Shown in pieces: positions 23,754 through 36,400 of a stretch of DNA of 64,000 nt. The position numbers and the translations under genes are program-made. The stretch spans positions 120,714,001 to 120,778,000 of the forward strand of contig NC_043001.1 of assembly GCF_006345805.1 (NCBI RefSeq). Direction: 5' to 3'. Within the stretch, counting starts at the first letter, position 1. Every line of letters starts with the position of its first letter. The notes under the pieces are model-generated. The model did not search any database, was not told the DNA's origin, and worked only from the letters and a program-made list of their open reading frames with translations. Source of the stretch: Octopus sinensis (Eukaryota).

Positions 23754-24858
23754 GGCGCAAGCGTGGCTTACTTCCCAACCACATGGTTCCAGGTTCAGTC
23801 CCACTGCGTAGCACCTTGGCAAGTGTCTTCTAGTATAACCTCGGGCAGACCAAAGCCTTGTGAGTGGTAGACGGAAACTGAAAGAAGCCTATCATATATG
23901 TATGTGTGTCTGTGTTCCCACCACCATCGCTTGACAACCAATGCTGGTGTGTTTAGGTCCCCGTAACTTAGTTCGGCAAAAGGGGCCGATAGAATAAGTA
24001 CCAAGCTTACAAAGAATAAGTCCTGGGGTCGATTTGTTCGACTAAAGGCGGTGCTCCAGCATGGCCGTAGTCAAATGACTGAAACAAATAAGAGAGTGAA
24101 AGAATATCCAAGATTTTTCAAACTAATTTATAGGTGCAGGCGTGGCTGTGTGCTAAGTAGCTTGCTTCCCAACAACATAATACCGAGTTCAGTTCCACTG
24201 CGAGGTATCTTGGGCAAGTGTCTTCTACTATAGCCTCGGGCCAACCAAAGCTTCGTGAGTGGATTTGGTAGATGGGAACTGAAAGAAATCCGTCGGACAT
24301 ATATATATATATGTGTGTGTGTGTGCGTGTGTTTAAAAATGTTCGCACGACTTGAAGATTCGTTCACACTTCATGATAAGTTGGTCTGGCATTGACCAAC
24401 ACTTGGTAAATGAAATTTTATAGACAGAAACTCGATCGAAAACTGTTGGAAGAGCCGCCGGTTAAGGGCACTACTTAATGGTGATCGATACCTTTACAAG
24501 CATGAAGCTTGCTTCCCAACCACATGGTTCCGGGTTCAATCCCACTCTGTGACACCGGGCCGATCGAAGCTATTGTGAGTGGATTTGGTAGACGGAAACT
24601 GAAAGAAGCCCGTCGTGTGTGTGTGTGTGTGTGTGTGGTGTGTGTGTGTGTGTGTGTGTGTGTGTGACCACCGCTTGACAACCTGTGTTGGTTTGTTTAC
24701 ATCCCCGTAACTTAGCGGTTCGGCAAAAAGAGACCGACAGAATAAGTATCAGGCTTAAAACAAAATAAGTACTGGGGTCGATTCATTCGACTAAAAGTTC
24801 GTCAAGGCGGTGCCTCAGCATGGCCGCAGTCTAATGACTGAAACAGCTAAAAAATACA
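23754..24858 (+). mobile_element. Three co-oriented OR-type SINE copies (23754-24103, about 24131-24330 head only, about 24500-24858)
   Basis: Repeated CCCAACCACATGGTTCC..GGTTCAGTCCC and GGAAACTGAAAGAA motifs, an internal (TG)n tract, and the CAGCATGGCCG..GTC.AATGACTGAAAC tail. Confidence 0.88.
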
Positions 24859-25838
24859 GCGTATTCCATAGTTTGTATGGTCTCTGAACAAATTTCATAA
24901 TTAATTGTAGTAGTATGTTGAAAAAACCCAGCCTGGCAGAGTCCTTCTCTCATAGAAAGCTCACGAATATAATTAATCAGCGTTACTACTGCTTACAGCG
25001 ATTAGCTATTTTTCCCTAAAATAATGGTTTACAACGAAGTAGACTGAGCTAACCGGCCTCAGAAGCTCTAAAAAGATTCATAGGAACTACCCTTCATAAT
25101 ATGAATATATGAGAAAGTAGTTTCGATTCTCTATTGCAGCTTTGGCTGAAAGCATTTTCTCGCCATATGCTACATTATTGCCTTTTGGAACAGACTCAAA
25201 ACACTAGATTAACTCCACCCTACGAACATAGAGGGCCTTTGTGCTTCTGCTAAAGGATACAAGTTGTCTTGAGGGGTGGAGCTTTGAAGTAGAGACAAGC
25301 AAACGATGGTGCTTGACTCATCACTTTGATGAGTGAATGTTTTTCTTGAAAAAGACTACGTATTTCTCTACGAATCAAGCATTTTGCCTGTAAAGCTAGA
25401 TATATTTGCGTTTGTATTTTTTCCCTTTTTTTTTTTGTATATACTAAATATCTTATATATGCAATCAGTTCGTGCACAAATATACTCGCAGTTGCGCTCG
25501 TCAATAGATGTAACAATTATTCATATGCGGGTTATTTGAAATTGATTTCGTGTAACACTTTATTGTAAAAACTTCTACATTGGTCATGCCAGCATAAATA
25601 ATAAATAAATTTGTGGATGGATGGATAGATAGATCTTAATGGCGATTCCTGATAGTGCATGCAATATTAAAAATCAAAGCTATGTAAATAAAGTAGGGTT
25701 CGTGTGTATGTATATGTACACATTTTGTTGCCGTCCCTCAAAGAAAACGGATATTTTATATTAAAATCTGGTTTGTTATTCGCGTTCTATTATATAATTC
25801 AGGCATGAATCGCGTGTCTTGCATTCATGCACAAATTG

Positions 25839-25873
<35 letters not shown>

Positions 25874-26113
25874 GAAAAGCTGCTATGCAGTTAGGATTCG
25901 TAACTAATATAATTTTGTGTGTTATAAAAACAATTTTGCATTTTTCATTTATCATTTAACATTTATCATTTAACGAGAATAGTATTGAGAATGAATTTTC
26001 CACCAACGAAACCATCATCGACTAAACCCTTTAAAGCGGTGCTCCTGCATGGCCACAGTCCATTGACTGAAACAATTAAAAGACAACAGATAAAATAGTG
26101 TGTGTGTGTGTGT

Positions 26114-26158
<45 letters not shown>

Positions 26159-26719
26159 TACAGTTTCTATTGTGGTGCAAAAAGAATTGTGTATGTGTCC
26201 AACATAGCTTCATGTTGCGAGTGCTCCATGGCCACAGTCAAATCACTGAAAAGAATATATACATAACGTAGAGTACGGGTTGTTCTATGATTCTGTAGTC
26301 ATAGAAGTATTTCTAAAGGCTAGATAACACAGTTTGGTGTATGTAATATGTTGAACAAATCAGCCTAAGTGTCTGTCTCTCTGCAAGCTTACAAAGTGGC
26401 CATTTAGTGTTGCTACTGCGTATAACGATGAGCCATTGTCACTTGTAGGACTTTAAAAAGTTGTTGATGGACTGAACGAGTAAGAATTGACCACCTCCGG
26501 CAGATCGTCTTTTTGTTTTCAATTGAAAAAGAGGAGCTAATTATCATAATCCTTGCGAGTACTCAGAGTAGTTGTTGTTTGGGAGTTGCTGGTAAGAAGT
26601 GAATGCCAGTGAATTAGTTTCGAAGAAAGGATTTGTATGTGCTTAGTGCGAGGGCTGGGATTAGGACATAGTGAGCTCACAATAGAGGTAGGTACATCGA
26701 GTGGTTGATTAGGGTGATA

Positions 26720-27704
26720 GGATCTTTTCTGTTTGGCCCACACCTTTCGAAATTTTAAAATTTGGTAATTTGATGTAATTTTTCACGCTGAATCTGATGT
26801 TATTCACTTGTTTCAGAATTTTTTTTTTAGAAAATACAGAGTTTGATTATTTTTACCCAATCAGAAAGTAGAATTTGGAAGCTGGCATTTTGTGCGTAAT
26901 GACATTACCACGGGAGTTTTAGTAAGTTTCAGTGAATAAAGTCATGCGAAATGTTGGAACAGGCATGTAAACAATATAAAGAATGAAAAAATCCTCAATG
27001 AATTTTATTCATTTTTTTCCAAAAAATTATAATACATTTTTTGTAGCGAATATTCAGAAACGAAAGTTGCGATACACTGTAGGTAGTTTATGAAACAAAT
27101 TCAAATTTTTGTATCTCCTGCGTCACATGAACTCACAGAGATACAAGTCATTCATAGAATAGGGGGTTCCACAACGTCGTTTATACCCCTGTTTTACAAA
27201 CACCCATATGCTTTTCATTTGTTGCTTGTGGGAACAATCTTTCGAGTTAATAAACTCAACGCTATGGTTCACTGTTCTCGATTTTCGATTTCCCCATCGT
27301 ATTCGAAAGGTTAAACGAGTTGGCTGCGATCATTTTACAATTTAGGTTGAAAAGGTCCAAGAAAACACCGTTCAAAATTATGAAAATGTGAAAGTGATAG
27401 AACAGCAACTGATACGTTTCTCAAAAAGAAAAAAAAAGAAGACACACGGGTTAAGCAGATTTATACTTTGGCTTGTTACTATTGAAACAGGTACCAATAT
27501 GTCTGTAGCTTTCGATTGGCTAAAATTACCCAAAATTTGCAAACTTTAAAAGCTATTAAGTTTTTATTTATTCATACATTGCAAAAATTAATTTTATTTC
27601 GATAATTAGCGTACAAAAGTATATCAATACACCAAATTTGAAATCAACTGGAACAAAAAATTAAAGGAATTTTTAATAAAGTGTGAGCCGAACAGAAAAG
27701 ATCT
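26720..27704. mobile_element. Non-autonomous DNA transposon, 985 bp, about 24-bp TIRs, 8-bp TSD (Merlin-like by end rules)
   Basis: TSD GGGTGATA at 26712-26719 and 27705-27712. The left end is GGATCTTTTCTGTTTGGCCCACAC and the reverse complement of the right end is AGATCTTTTCTGTTCGGCTCACAC. No ORF. Confidence 0.8.
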
Positions 27705-28108
27705 GGGTGATACATAGTCGAAAATTATGAAGGAAGAAAGATCCGTCTAAAGGCTGTAAAGAATGAGAGCATTGTGTCGATAGATTCGTCGTTGTTGAAG
27801 GGTCTCTTATCAGTCGGGTGATTATTTTTGCAGGTGGTCAGAATGCTGGTTAAAATGTGTACACGTGGGATAACTAGGACGGCTTTTAAGTGTCAGCTGA
27901 ATTTGTGCTTTAGAAAGCATCAGCCACAGAACAATAGAATTATCATCTCGGCTGGAAGGTGCAGTGCGGTCAGATATTCTGAATCGCTCTCACATTCTCT
28001 TATGATGTGAACGATAATATTCATTTGACTGGGACTCAACTAACCGATCGATTCGTCCGTCCAGTACATAGCAGGACAAAAATGAGATAGTGTAAAATTT
28101 TTAATTTA

Positions 28109-29219
28109 TTAGGTTGTTCTGAAAATAATGGCTGATTTCAGAAACATAATCTTATTCTGGAAAAATTAACAATAAGAAATGTTTTGATTATTCAAAGTAT
28201 GAGCCGTTAACATCTATACATCTCTGCCATCGATCAACGAGATTATTTATGCCTCGTTGGTAAAAACTTATTGGCTTTGATGCTAAGAAATCTTTGGAAG
28301 CTGATTCCACTTCTGGTTTAGTCCTGAAAGTTTTATCACTTCAAAACGTGTTTAAATGCTTTAAAAAATGGTAGTCAGTGGGTGAAAGATCAGGAGAATA
28401 TGGAGGATGTGGTAAAGTTTCGTATCCCAAGTCTGAGTTTCTGCAGTGTCATTCTTACACCATGTGGCTTTGCATTATCGTGAAGCAGAATTGGATCACG
28501 CCGATTCACCAAAGCTCTGATTGGCTTCAAGAAAGCTGTAATGGATAACATCAATTGCAGATAAGCAGGATCCACTTTTCGTCACAAATGATTATTCGAT
28601 CAAGAAAAGTATCATTGGTGTTTCGCAGAAAAAGCATCGAGCACACTTCAAAACGCCGAACTTTTTGATTTTCATTGAGCTCATGCGGTACCCATTTATC
28701 GAGCTTTTTCACCTTACCAATCTTCTGCAGATTGCGCGAGACCGTTGCAATACCGACACCAAGTGCCTGAGACATTTCTCTGACACTTTGACGCGGGTTT
28801 AGTTCGACAATTGCTTTCAGTTGTTCATTGTCAAGACTACATGACCGTCCTCTACCTTCTTCATCTTCAAGGTTCTCATCACCACTACGGAATTTCTGAA
28901 ACCACCTTCGTACTATGCGATCACTTGTGGACTTCTCTCCCCATGGTCTGTTGATATTAGCAGAAGTTTGGGAGGCATTGTGTCCAAGCTTGAACTCCTG
29001 CAAGAAAAGTAAGCGAAGGTCCTTTTTTGTCATGTTCATAATTAAGGGCGCCTATGCTTCAAGAATGTTTTCTGTCTGAAATAAGTAGAAAATTATTAAA
29101 GAGCATACATCAATTATTAAGTATGTCGAAATTCACCCAAAATATTATTGAAATACTCTGATAAAATTGCGTTTCAAAACAGAACACGTAGAGCAGCCAT
29201 TATTTTCAGAACCTCCTAA
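28109..29219 (-). mobile_element. Mariner (DD34D) transposon with both TIRs and a defective transposase (28188-29039)
   Basis: TA TSDs. TIRs TTAGGTTGTTCTGAAAATAATGGCTG / TTAGGAGGTTCTGAAAATAATGGCTG. Motifs RRWFQKF, WVPHEL, CDEKW, HDNAKPH and HPPYSPDLSPTDY. There is an internal deletion after DEKWIL plus frameshifts. Confidence 0.95.
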
Positions 29220-29326
29220 TAGCTTTTACATCTCCTATAAGACCAAGCGATATACAAATAGTTGGACTGGTCCAACGGTATTAAGACTTTTGTACTGGTC
29301 AGGCAATTGTGAAAAAGATGCTATAA

Positions 29327-29327
29327 T

Positions 29328-29379
<52 letters not shown>
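29327..29379. repeat. (CT)n microsatellite
   Basis: Directly visible. Confidence 0.95.
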
Positions 29380-29382
<3 letters not shown>

Positions 29383-30651
29383 GGCAATATTTGACGTGGT
29401 CAACGATGCCTTTCGCCCTTTCAGGATGGATCAATAAAAAATTCCAGTCCAGAGTGGTAGATTAGCAGACTACAAGGGCGTCGGACATGATGCCTTACAA
29501 TAATTGTTTCGATTCATTGCCTTCATGGCCAACCGTCGACACGCTAAGGTCTAAGAGTCGATAAATAAATACCAGTCATATATTGTGCTGAGTGCACCAG
29601 TTGCGCTTGGTCTTGTACAAAAACGTTGATTATATCGGCTCTGCTCGATCTTGTCTAAAAGCTGTCTCGTATATGAATATGACTGCATTATCTTAGAACA
29701 GCGACTTTTTAACTTTTTTCCGTCTATGTCACAATGAATAAAGACTTGTTACAACATACCAGCAGCTTTATAAAAGTTTTTGTTTATACAAAAACAGAAA
29801 ATTTCTTATTAAAACTGGATAGAATACCTCGCAGTATTTGTTCCGACTGTCTGCGATCTGGGTTCAAATCTTACCAGAGTCAATTTTGTTTTTCATTCAT
29901 TCGAGTGTCCATGAAATAAAGTACTTTTAGATAATCGAGAAAGATGCTTTGCGGTACCTATTCCGGCCCTTGGCATTCTAAATACCAAGCCTACAAGCGA
30001 TACTGGTGCCAAATTGTATTGGTCTGAATCGACCTTTCTTTTGGATAAACTTGCTTGCATAGGCAACATCCAGCTTGTTTAAGCAGTAAGTGCATAAGCA
30101 TAGTGAGGCTTGAACGACAGATCCTGTAGCATTCTGCTATGTAAAATAGAGATAGGGTAACGGATTACACTTTACCAAAAAGGAATGCAAATGCACTAGT
30201 GTGGTGTATTAAAAACAATCGAGTTTTCTTCATATTCTGTTATGTCCTGTCTCTCCTTCAAAATTGGTCGCACACTTCTACTGCAGTACTGTAATTGAAA
30301 ACGTTTCATTTAGACAATGTGGTTATTGAATTACAGAGAAGAGTTAAATAACTTAACAGGTCAGAGCTGCCAGTGTTACAGTTCGAATCCTGCCAGGCCA
30401 ACTTTACCTTTTAACCTTCTGAGGTCGACAAAATAAAATACATGTGAGGTTCTGAAGGTGATATAATTGTTTCTTACCTTCTCCCTCCCCTAAGTTTCTG
30501 GTTTCATATGATAACTATTATTCTGAGGTTTCCAATCTTGACCAGGTCAACTTTACTTTTCATTCTTCTGAGAATTAATAAAGTATCAGTCCAAAACAGA
30601 CCTTCTACGGCCTTTTGCCTTATATATGAAATAAGGGCTGTTATAATCGAC

Positions 30652-30895
30652 GGATCTTTTCGGTTTGAACGGCAGTTTTTAACATAACTTCTGGGTAACT
30701 AAAACATTTTAAACTTCTTATACTGGTAGAATGTGTTTATAAAACATCTTTTTCTCTTGGCTTTATTGAGAAAATATTTGTTTTTTCTTCAATTTCTGCA
30801 ATTTCAACCAATCACTGACGTCTATTGAGGTAAACAACATTCTGTGTCGTATGAATATGTCCCTCGTTTAAGAAACAGATCGGGTTTATTTACAT
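30652..30895 (+). mobile_element. Single-ended fragment of a DNA transposon related to the 26720 element
   Basis: Starts GGATCTTTTCGGTTTG, matching 15 of 16 bases of the left terminus at 26720. I found no matching right end. Confidence 0.45.
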
Positions 30896-31299
30896 TTGCT
30901 AATGCTACCGAGGGGCCAGGTGAGGCTGCTTGTGTTTTCGCCCAGAGCAACGAAACTGCACTGCACATTACTAGTGCATTGTCCGAGTATTGCTAACTTA
31001 TGAAGTTATGCTTCTGAAAAATATGGTTAAGGTGAATGGACCAACTCTAAGAATGCTCCTATAGAATGGAACACAAGAGCTAAGTAAGGGTTTGTTTTCT
31101 TGGCGGTCAGGGTGATCCTGGATCTTCAGCGTTCCTTATTTGGCCGTAATTTGAGTTCAGTATCCGAAGGACTGCATCATTGATGTGTTCACACATTTTG
31201 TTTACTATGCATACTTTTATATCATTCCCCCACTCTCCCTTTCTTTCTATCATGTTTTATGTAAAACCCTACATGAATTGTCAATTATCCTTGTAATTT

Positions 31300-31895
31300 T
31301 GCCCCTCATTTGATGCCCCTGCGGCAATCCGTGGTCGACTTTGCTTTACAGCCTTTCGAGTCGATCAAATAGTGTCACCTGTTAAGAATTGGATTCGATG
31401 TAACCGACTAGCCCCTTCCCACCAAATGTCATGTCTTGAACCTATAATAGAAAGGATTGTTATTAAGGCATCGAGATGACAGAATCGTTAGCATGCCGAA
31501 CGAAATGCTTAACAGCATTTCATCCGTCTGCGCTCAAATTCTGCCGAGGTCGACTTTGCCTTTCATATTTTCGAGATCGATAAATTAAGTACCAGTGAAA
31601 CATTGGGTCGATGTAATCGACTAGTCCCCTCCCCCACCGCCAAGATTTCAGGCCTTGTGCCTTTAGTAAAAAACGAATATTATTATATCGAGGCAGCAAG
31701 TTTGCAGAATCTTTACCGCGCCGGGTAAAATGCTTAGAGGCATTTAGGCCCACTTTATGTTCTGAGTTCAGAACATCTTTTCGGGGTCGATGAAATAAGT
31801 ACCAGTTACGCATTGAGGTCTATGTAATCGACTCGCCACCCAACCACTCTCCTAAAATTTCAGACCTTGTGCCTATAGTAGGAAATATTATTATT
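31300..31895 (+). mobile_element. Head-to-tail Nin-like SINE copies
   Basis: GAGGTCGACTTTGCCTTTCAT and GGGGTCGATGAAATAAGTACCAG cores. Tails CAGGCCTTGTGCCT end in (ATT)n. Confidence 0.8.
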
Positions 31896-32448
31896 GAGTG
31901 AAAGAGCAGTGCATGCCATCAAAGTGACACTGGGTAAAATATACGGAGCCCAGTATACTCATCATGACTACCCGTCTGATAAGGGTACACCAGGCACATG
32001 CATCACAACCATATGTGCGCGACATGGTGATCTCATATCAAGATAAACAGCACATGACCTTGCAGGTGGGGCCCAGTTAGAATTTTCTTTGGGTCGAGTA
32101 ACCCATCCCACTCAAAAGGTCCCTGAATAAGGGTTGTTTAAGGATGTTGAACGAAACACCCATGTTTCCAGAGGTGAACTATTCAAACCCCAAAGAATCC
32201 CTCTCAACACATGGCTATGATGCTCCCCCACTACTTCTGCTCGTGATCAGAGATGCACATATCGTCAGCCACTAAGGGACATGCTCAACTGGTTAAGGTC
32301 AAACAACTGAAAAGCAGATCTGTGGTATTGAGCAGAATATTTGCTGTAGCCCATCTTTTATACCAAGACAAAACAATGTACATGATAACACTTCCAATCA
32401 GTTAAGATCAGAAGCCATGAGAGCCACTGCCTGGTACTGCATCAGGGC
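31896..32448 (-). mobile_element. 553-bp ORF-less element embedded in a (TAA)n microsatellite (candidate non-autonomous/3' portion of an R4-Dong-type retroelement)
   Basis: Sharp boundaries with (TTA)n on both sides and intact-looking complex sequence, with no TIRs and no ORF. The family assignment is an inference from the known TAA targeting of Dong elements. Confidence 0.5.
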
Positions 32449-32534
32449 TTTATTATTATTATTATTATTAATGTGTGTAATGGATTAGATGTCATCATTC
32501 CCTTTTAATAGCTTTAGTTGGAGCAACGAAAACA

Positions 32535-33090
32535 AGATGGTAGTGGTTGTCGATGGTACTAGGGTGGTGGTAGTGGCTGCTGCTGTTATTGTGGTGATGG
32601 TGGCGGTTACTACTACTGTTATAATGGTGTTGATTATACTAATATTGCCGTAGCGGTGGTGGCGGCGGCGGCTAAATCCTGTGGTTGTAGCTAGGTTGAT
32701 GTAGTCGGTGGCTGTAGGTGGTGGTGGTTTATGTGTTACGTAAATGGGTGGTGGTGTGGAGTTGGTACCTGCAGACGGTGATGGTGATGCAGGTGTGGTT
32801 TTAGCTGCTGTTGTAGCGATGGTGAGAGGGGGAGGGGCGTGGGTTCGTGTAATAGTTAGTCGTAGCTGCTGCTGATGGCGGTGGCAATGACTGCTGAGTT
32901 GTTGCTGTTGGCTTACAGGTGGCGGGTGGTGGTGGTGGTGGCAACGGCGGCGGTGGCTGTAAGTGGTGGCGGTGGCGGTGGCGGCGGCGGTGGTGGTGTA
33001 CAGTCAGTGGTTGTAGGTGTTAGCTATTTAGTTAGTGGTGGTGGTGGTGGTGGTGTAGATTAGTGGATGGGTTAGTGTAGGTGGTGGTGA
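32535..33090. repeat. G-rich (GGT/GGC)n low-complexity tract
   Basis: Degenerate GGT/GGC triplets, including GGCGGTGGCGGTGGCGGCGGCGG. Confidence 0.9.
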
Positions 33091-33154
33091 TTTGTTTAAT
33101 GTAATTGTTTAAACTATATGCCATTGATCTGACAGAGGTTCAGTAATCAAAACA

Positions 33155-33189
<35 letters not shown>

Positions 33190-33451
33190 CTTTCCTGGCT
33201 AACTAAATCACTGACATTCCTCTGCTCTCCACATAGTTTTTGAGATAAATGAATAAATGACAGAGAGAGAAATGAATGGATAATAGCTTTCTTAGTAATT
33301 AATATTAAGTAACACATTTAAGAAGTTTGTAAAACAATGTTTATTTGGCCTTGCTCGGATATAATTCTGCAGTTTATCTTTTCTTGCTAGAATATGCTGG
33401 CCTCTCTCTTTGCCAGTGACTTCCAATCTTTTCATTTTCTAGAAGGACCAC

Positions 33452-33487
<36 letters not shown>

Positions 33488-36400
33488 TTAACATCTGTTT
33501 TCCATGCTTGCATAGGTTGGACTGTTGGACCACTTTTATCTTAATGAATTCTTCCTATGGACCCCCAAGCCTTTTAAAAGGTCTCTTTTACCCAATAAGT
33601 CTAGTTACATCTTTCCGTTTGTGTGTGTTTAAACTGAATTATTATATGTCATTCTGCATTTTACACTGCAACCTTTTAATATTTTTGGCATTGCTCACAG
33701 ACCCCTAATACTACCTTTGTAGATCCTCGGTTGGGAACTTGCCATAGGAATTCTTGATTTCACCAAAACTGAATGAAATTCTTCACCATTTTTTACTTTC
33801 ATTTTGTTTCTCCCCCTGCTGACATAGGTCAGACAAAAACTTTATTGAGGCAGATTTTCTATAGCCAGATGGCTCTCCCTGAAAAACTACTCTCTACATT
33901 GTTGGTTTTTCAAGTGAAGTATTTTTTTTTCTCATTTCTATCAGTCATAAACCACCTGCTGAACTACAAAGTACAGAAGAAGAACCCAGTACGTTCTGTA
34001 AAGTAGTTGGCATTAAGAAAGGCATCCAGTCATGGAAACCATGTCAAAGTAGACATTGGAGTTTGATGCAATCATCCAGTTTGTTGGATCCTGTCAAACC
34101 ATCCAACCCATGCCTGCATGGAAGACGGATGTTAAACGATGAGGATAACCATAATATATCAATATTTTTTGTATATAACATGAAATATTAAAAACTAATA
34201 TGTGGTATTATAGATTTTCTACTCCTGTCGCAGTAATACAACACAGTATGTTATATAGGATATTGTGGGTTTTAAAGATAATTTTGCTCCCAAAACTGAG
34301 ATGCATGGCAGTGTATCATACATGGACTTTTACTGTGATCAACATCTTTTAACATCATTAAATAAATTTAAGTGTTGTGCCTTCAGCAACCTTAACTATT
34401 GAGTGAAATCAAAGATGTAACTGAAAATTTTAACATAATGAAACAGTGTTATGAAAATTTATAAATTTATGCATAGAAATAAATAACATTGATAAAATGT
34501 AGCATTTCCATGGGTTCCACCAGTAATTATAATTTAATTTCATGATGCTCAGACAAAATAATGAAATGAATACTAATTTTCATAAAAGCATATTTATTAA
34601 AATGAAATTAAATAAAACTAATTTTTCATTTGTATATTTGCAATATATATTTATGCTATAAATAACAATAGCACTGTTTAATTATCAATTAATTACAGAT
34701 CTAAGTGGCAGTAGTAGTATTATAGGGTCATGTGTTGTAACATGCACATTGCTGCATTTCTAGGTGATTCCCTTCTCCTGGTGGATGAGATCTTTGCACT
34801 ACTCAGGCAACGACCCTCCAACAAATGGGTCTGTTTGGATAGTCATTGCTGGTGAAGATTTCATAAGGTCAGAGTGCAAATCCTACCACAACCTTTTGTA
34901 TAATATCCTGAGGAAACATTGGGTCTGTTATTTGATATGTCACTCATCCAGCACAAGATCAATGTGAAATGAAGTATTTTGCTCAAGAACACACCACCCA
35001 GTCTGGGAATTGAACCCACGGTCTGATGATTCTGAGTGCAACACCCTAACCCCTAAGCCACGTGCCTTCACAGATGTAATATACTAATTAATTCTATATA
35101 ATATAGCATGAAGTTTTTAATGTGACCAAGCAACCAACAGGGGTGAGTATTGCTAGTACCAATGAGTTTTAAGGGCCTAGTAATTAGAGTAATTAGCATC
35201 CTAGTTGAAAATTTCAGTCTGTATCCCATCATTGATTCTGCATTATTCGTTTCTTGGTTAAGATGATAATGAATACAACACAACATCACTCAGTTAGTAA
35301 CAGGAGAAAAAATACAATGAGACAGAGAGAAGATATATTTATAAACTCAAGTTCTGATTGCCCAGATATGAATTCCATATATAGCCCCAAGCCTATGAGA
35401 GAACCCCTACCATTCTTAATAGGCATTAATTGTCATGGACCATTACATATTCTTGCCCTGTCATGAATTATTACATGCTCCTACTTCATCTACAATTTAT
35501 AAAGTTATTTAGATCATTATTTCTGTGGCTAGTTTGGTAAGGCCATTGAGTCTCTTCTGTCTTCCCCAGTTTCTTCAACTTTTGTTTCCCAGTTGTCACT
35601 AAGTGTCCAAGGCTTCATCTTCTCAAATTGTCCAATGAACTTAGCCTGTTGCTTCTTTAGGTTGTTCAGTTTTCTGGTGGTCCTAAGGATTTAAATATTC
35701 GCCAAGTTGCATTACTGTTGACCTTTGAAACCTCTTTAAAAACTACCACATCTACATTCATTTATTTCTTGACCTCAGCTGAGACAGATTTTTAATTCAA
35801 TAGCAATTGCCAGAAGATAAATATTATTTAAGCTAACAAAGGAGCATCTACATAGTTGCTTAGTCTTATTAGAAATAGCAACCAAATCTCCTCCAAATCG
35901 CATCTTACTGTCTTAAGGAACACCATTGGACAGCATAGTCTTTAATATGCAAAATACAGTATGGTCACTGCTGAAATGCCTTCAGTCATACATCTGTTCT
36001 ATCTATACTTAAAACCTGAGTGTAAACAACAACATATTTACACTTAGGTCACTGAATTTCGAATTTATAGAATACTAGCGGCAATATCTATCCCTGGCCA
36101 GAGTGACACCAAGACTTTAATAAGACCTGGTTGACCATAGGCTGGACAAGGGCCTTTTTTGTTAAAGGGGACTAACAAACATGTGAGCATGCAAGGTTTG
36201 TCTCTCTATGCCACCAATATGATAGGCCAATAAACTTTAGGATAAATATCACAGGCATTACTTTCAAACTACAAAAAGCAAGAAAAGAAACCATGCCTGG
36301 TACTGAAACAGTGCTGCCAATTGACTACCCTGAATTACTACTTTATTTCATCAACTTCAAAAATATGAATAGCAAAGTTGACTTCATCTGGATTTTAACT

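Noticed and set aside
30905-30930. Strong donor CCAG|GTGAGG as a possible cassette exon
   Set aside because: No credible upstream acceptor or recognisable peptide.
34764-34860. Exon-like segment after TTTCTAG (GDSLLLVDEIFALLRQRPSNKW)
   Set aside because: No similarity to the PKA-R linker or inhibitor site, no good donor, and it runs into a SINE 3' end.
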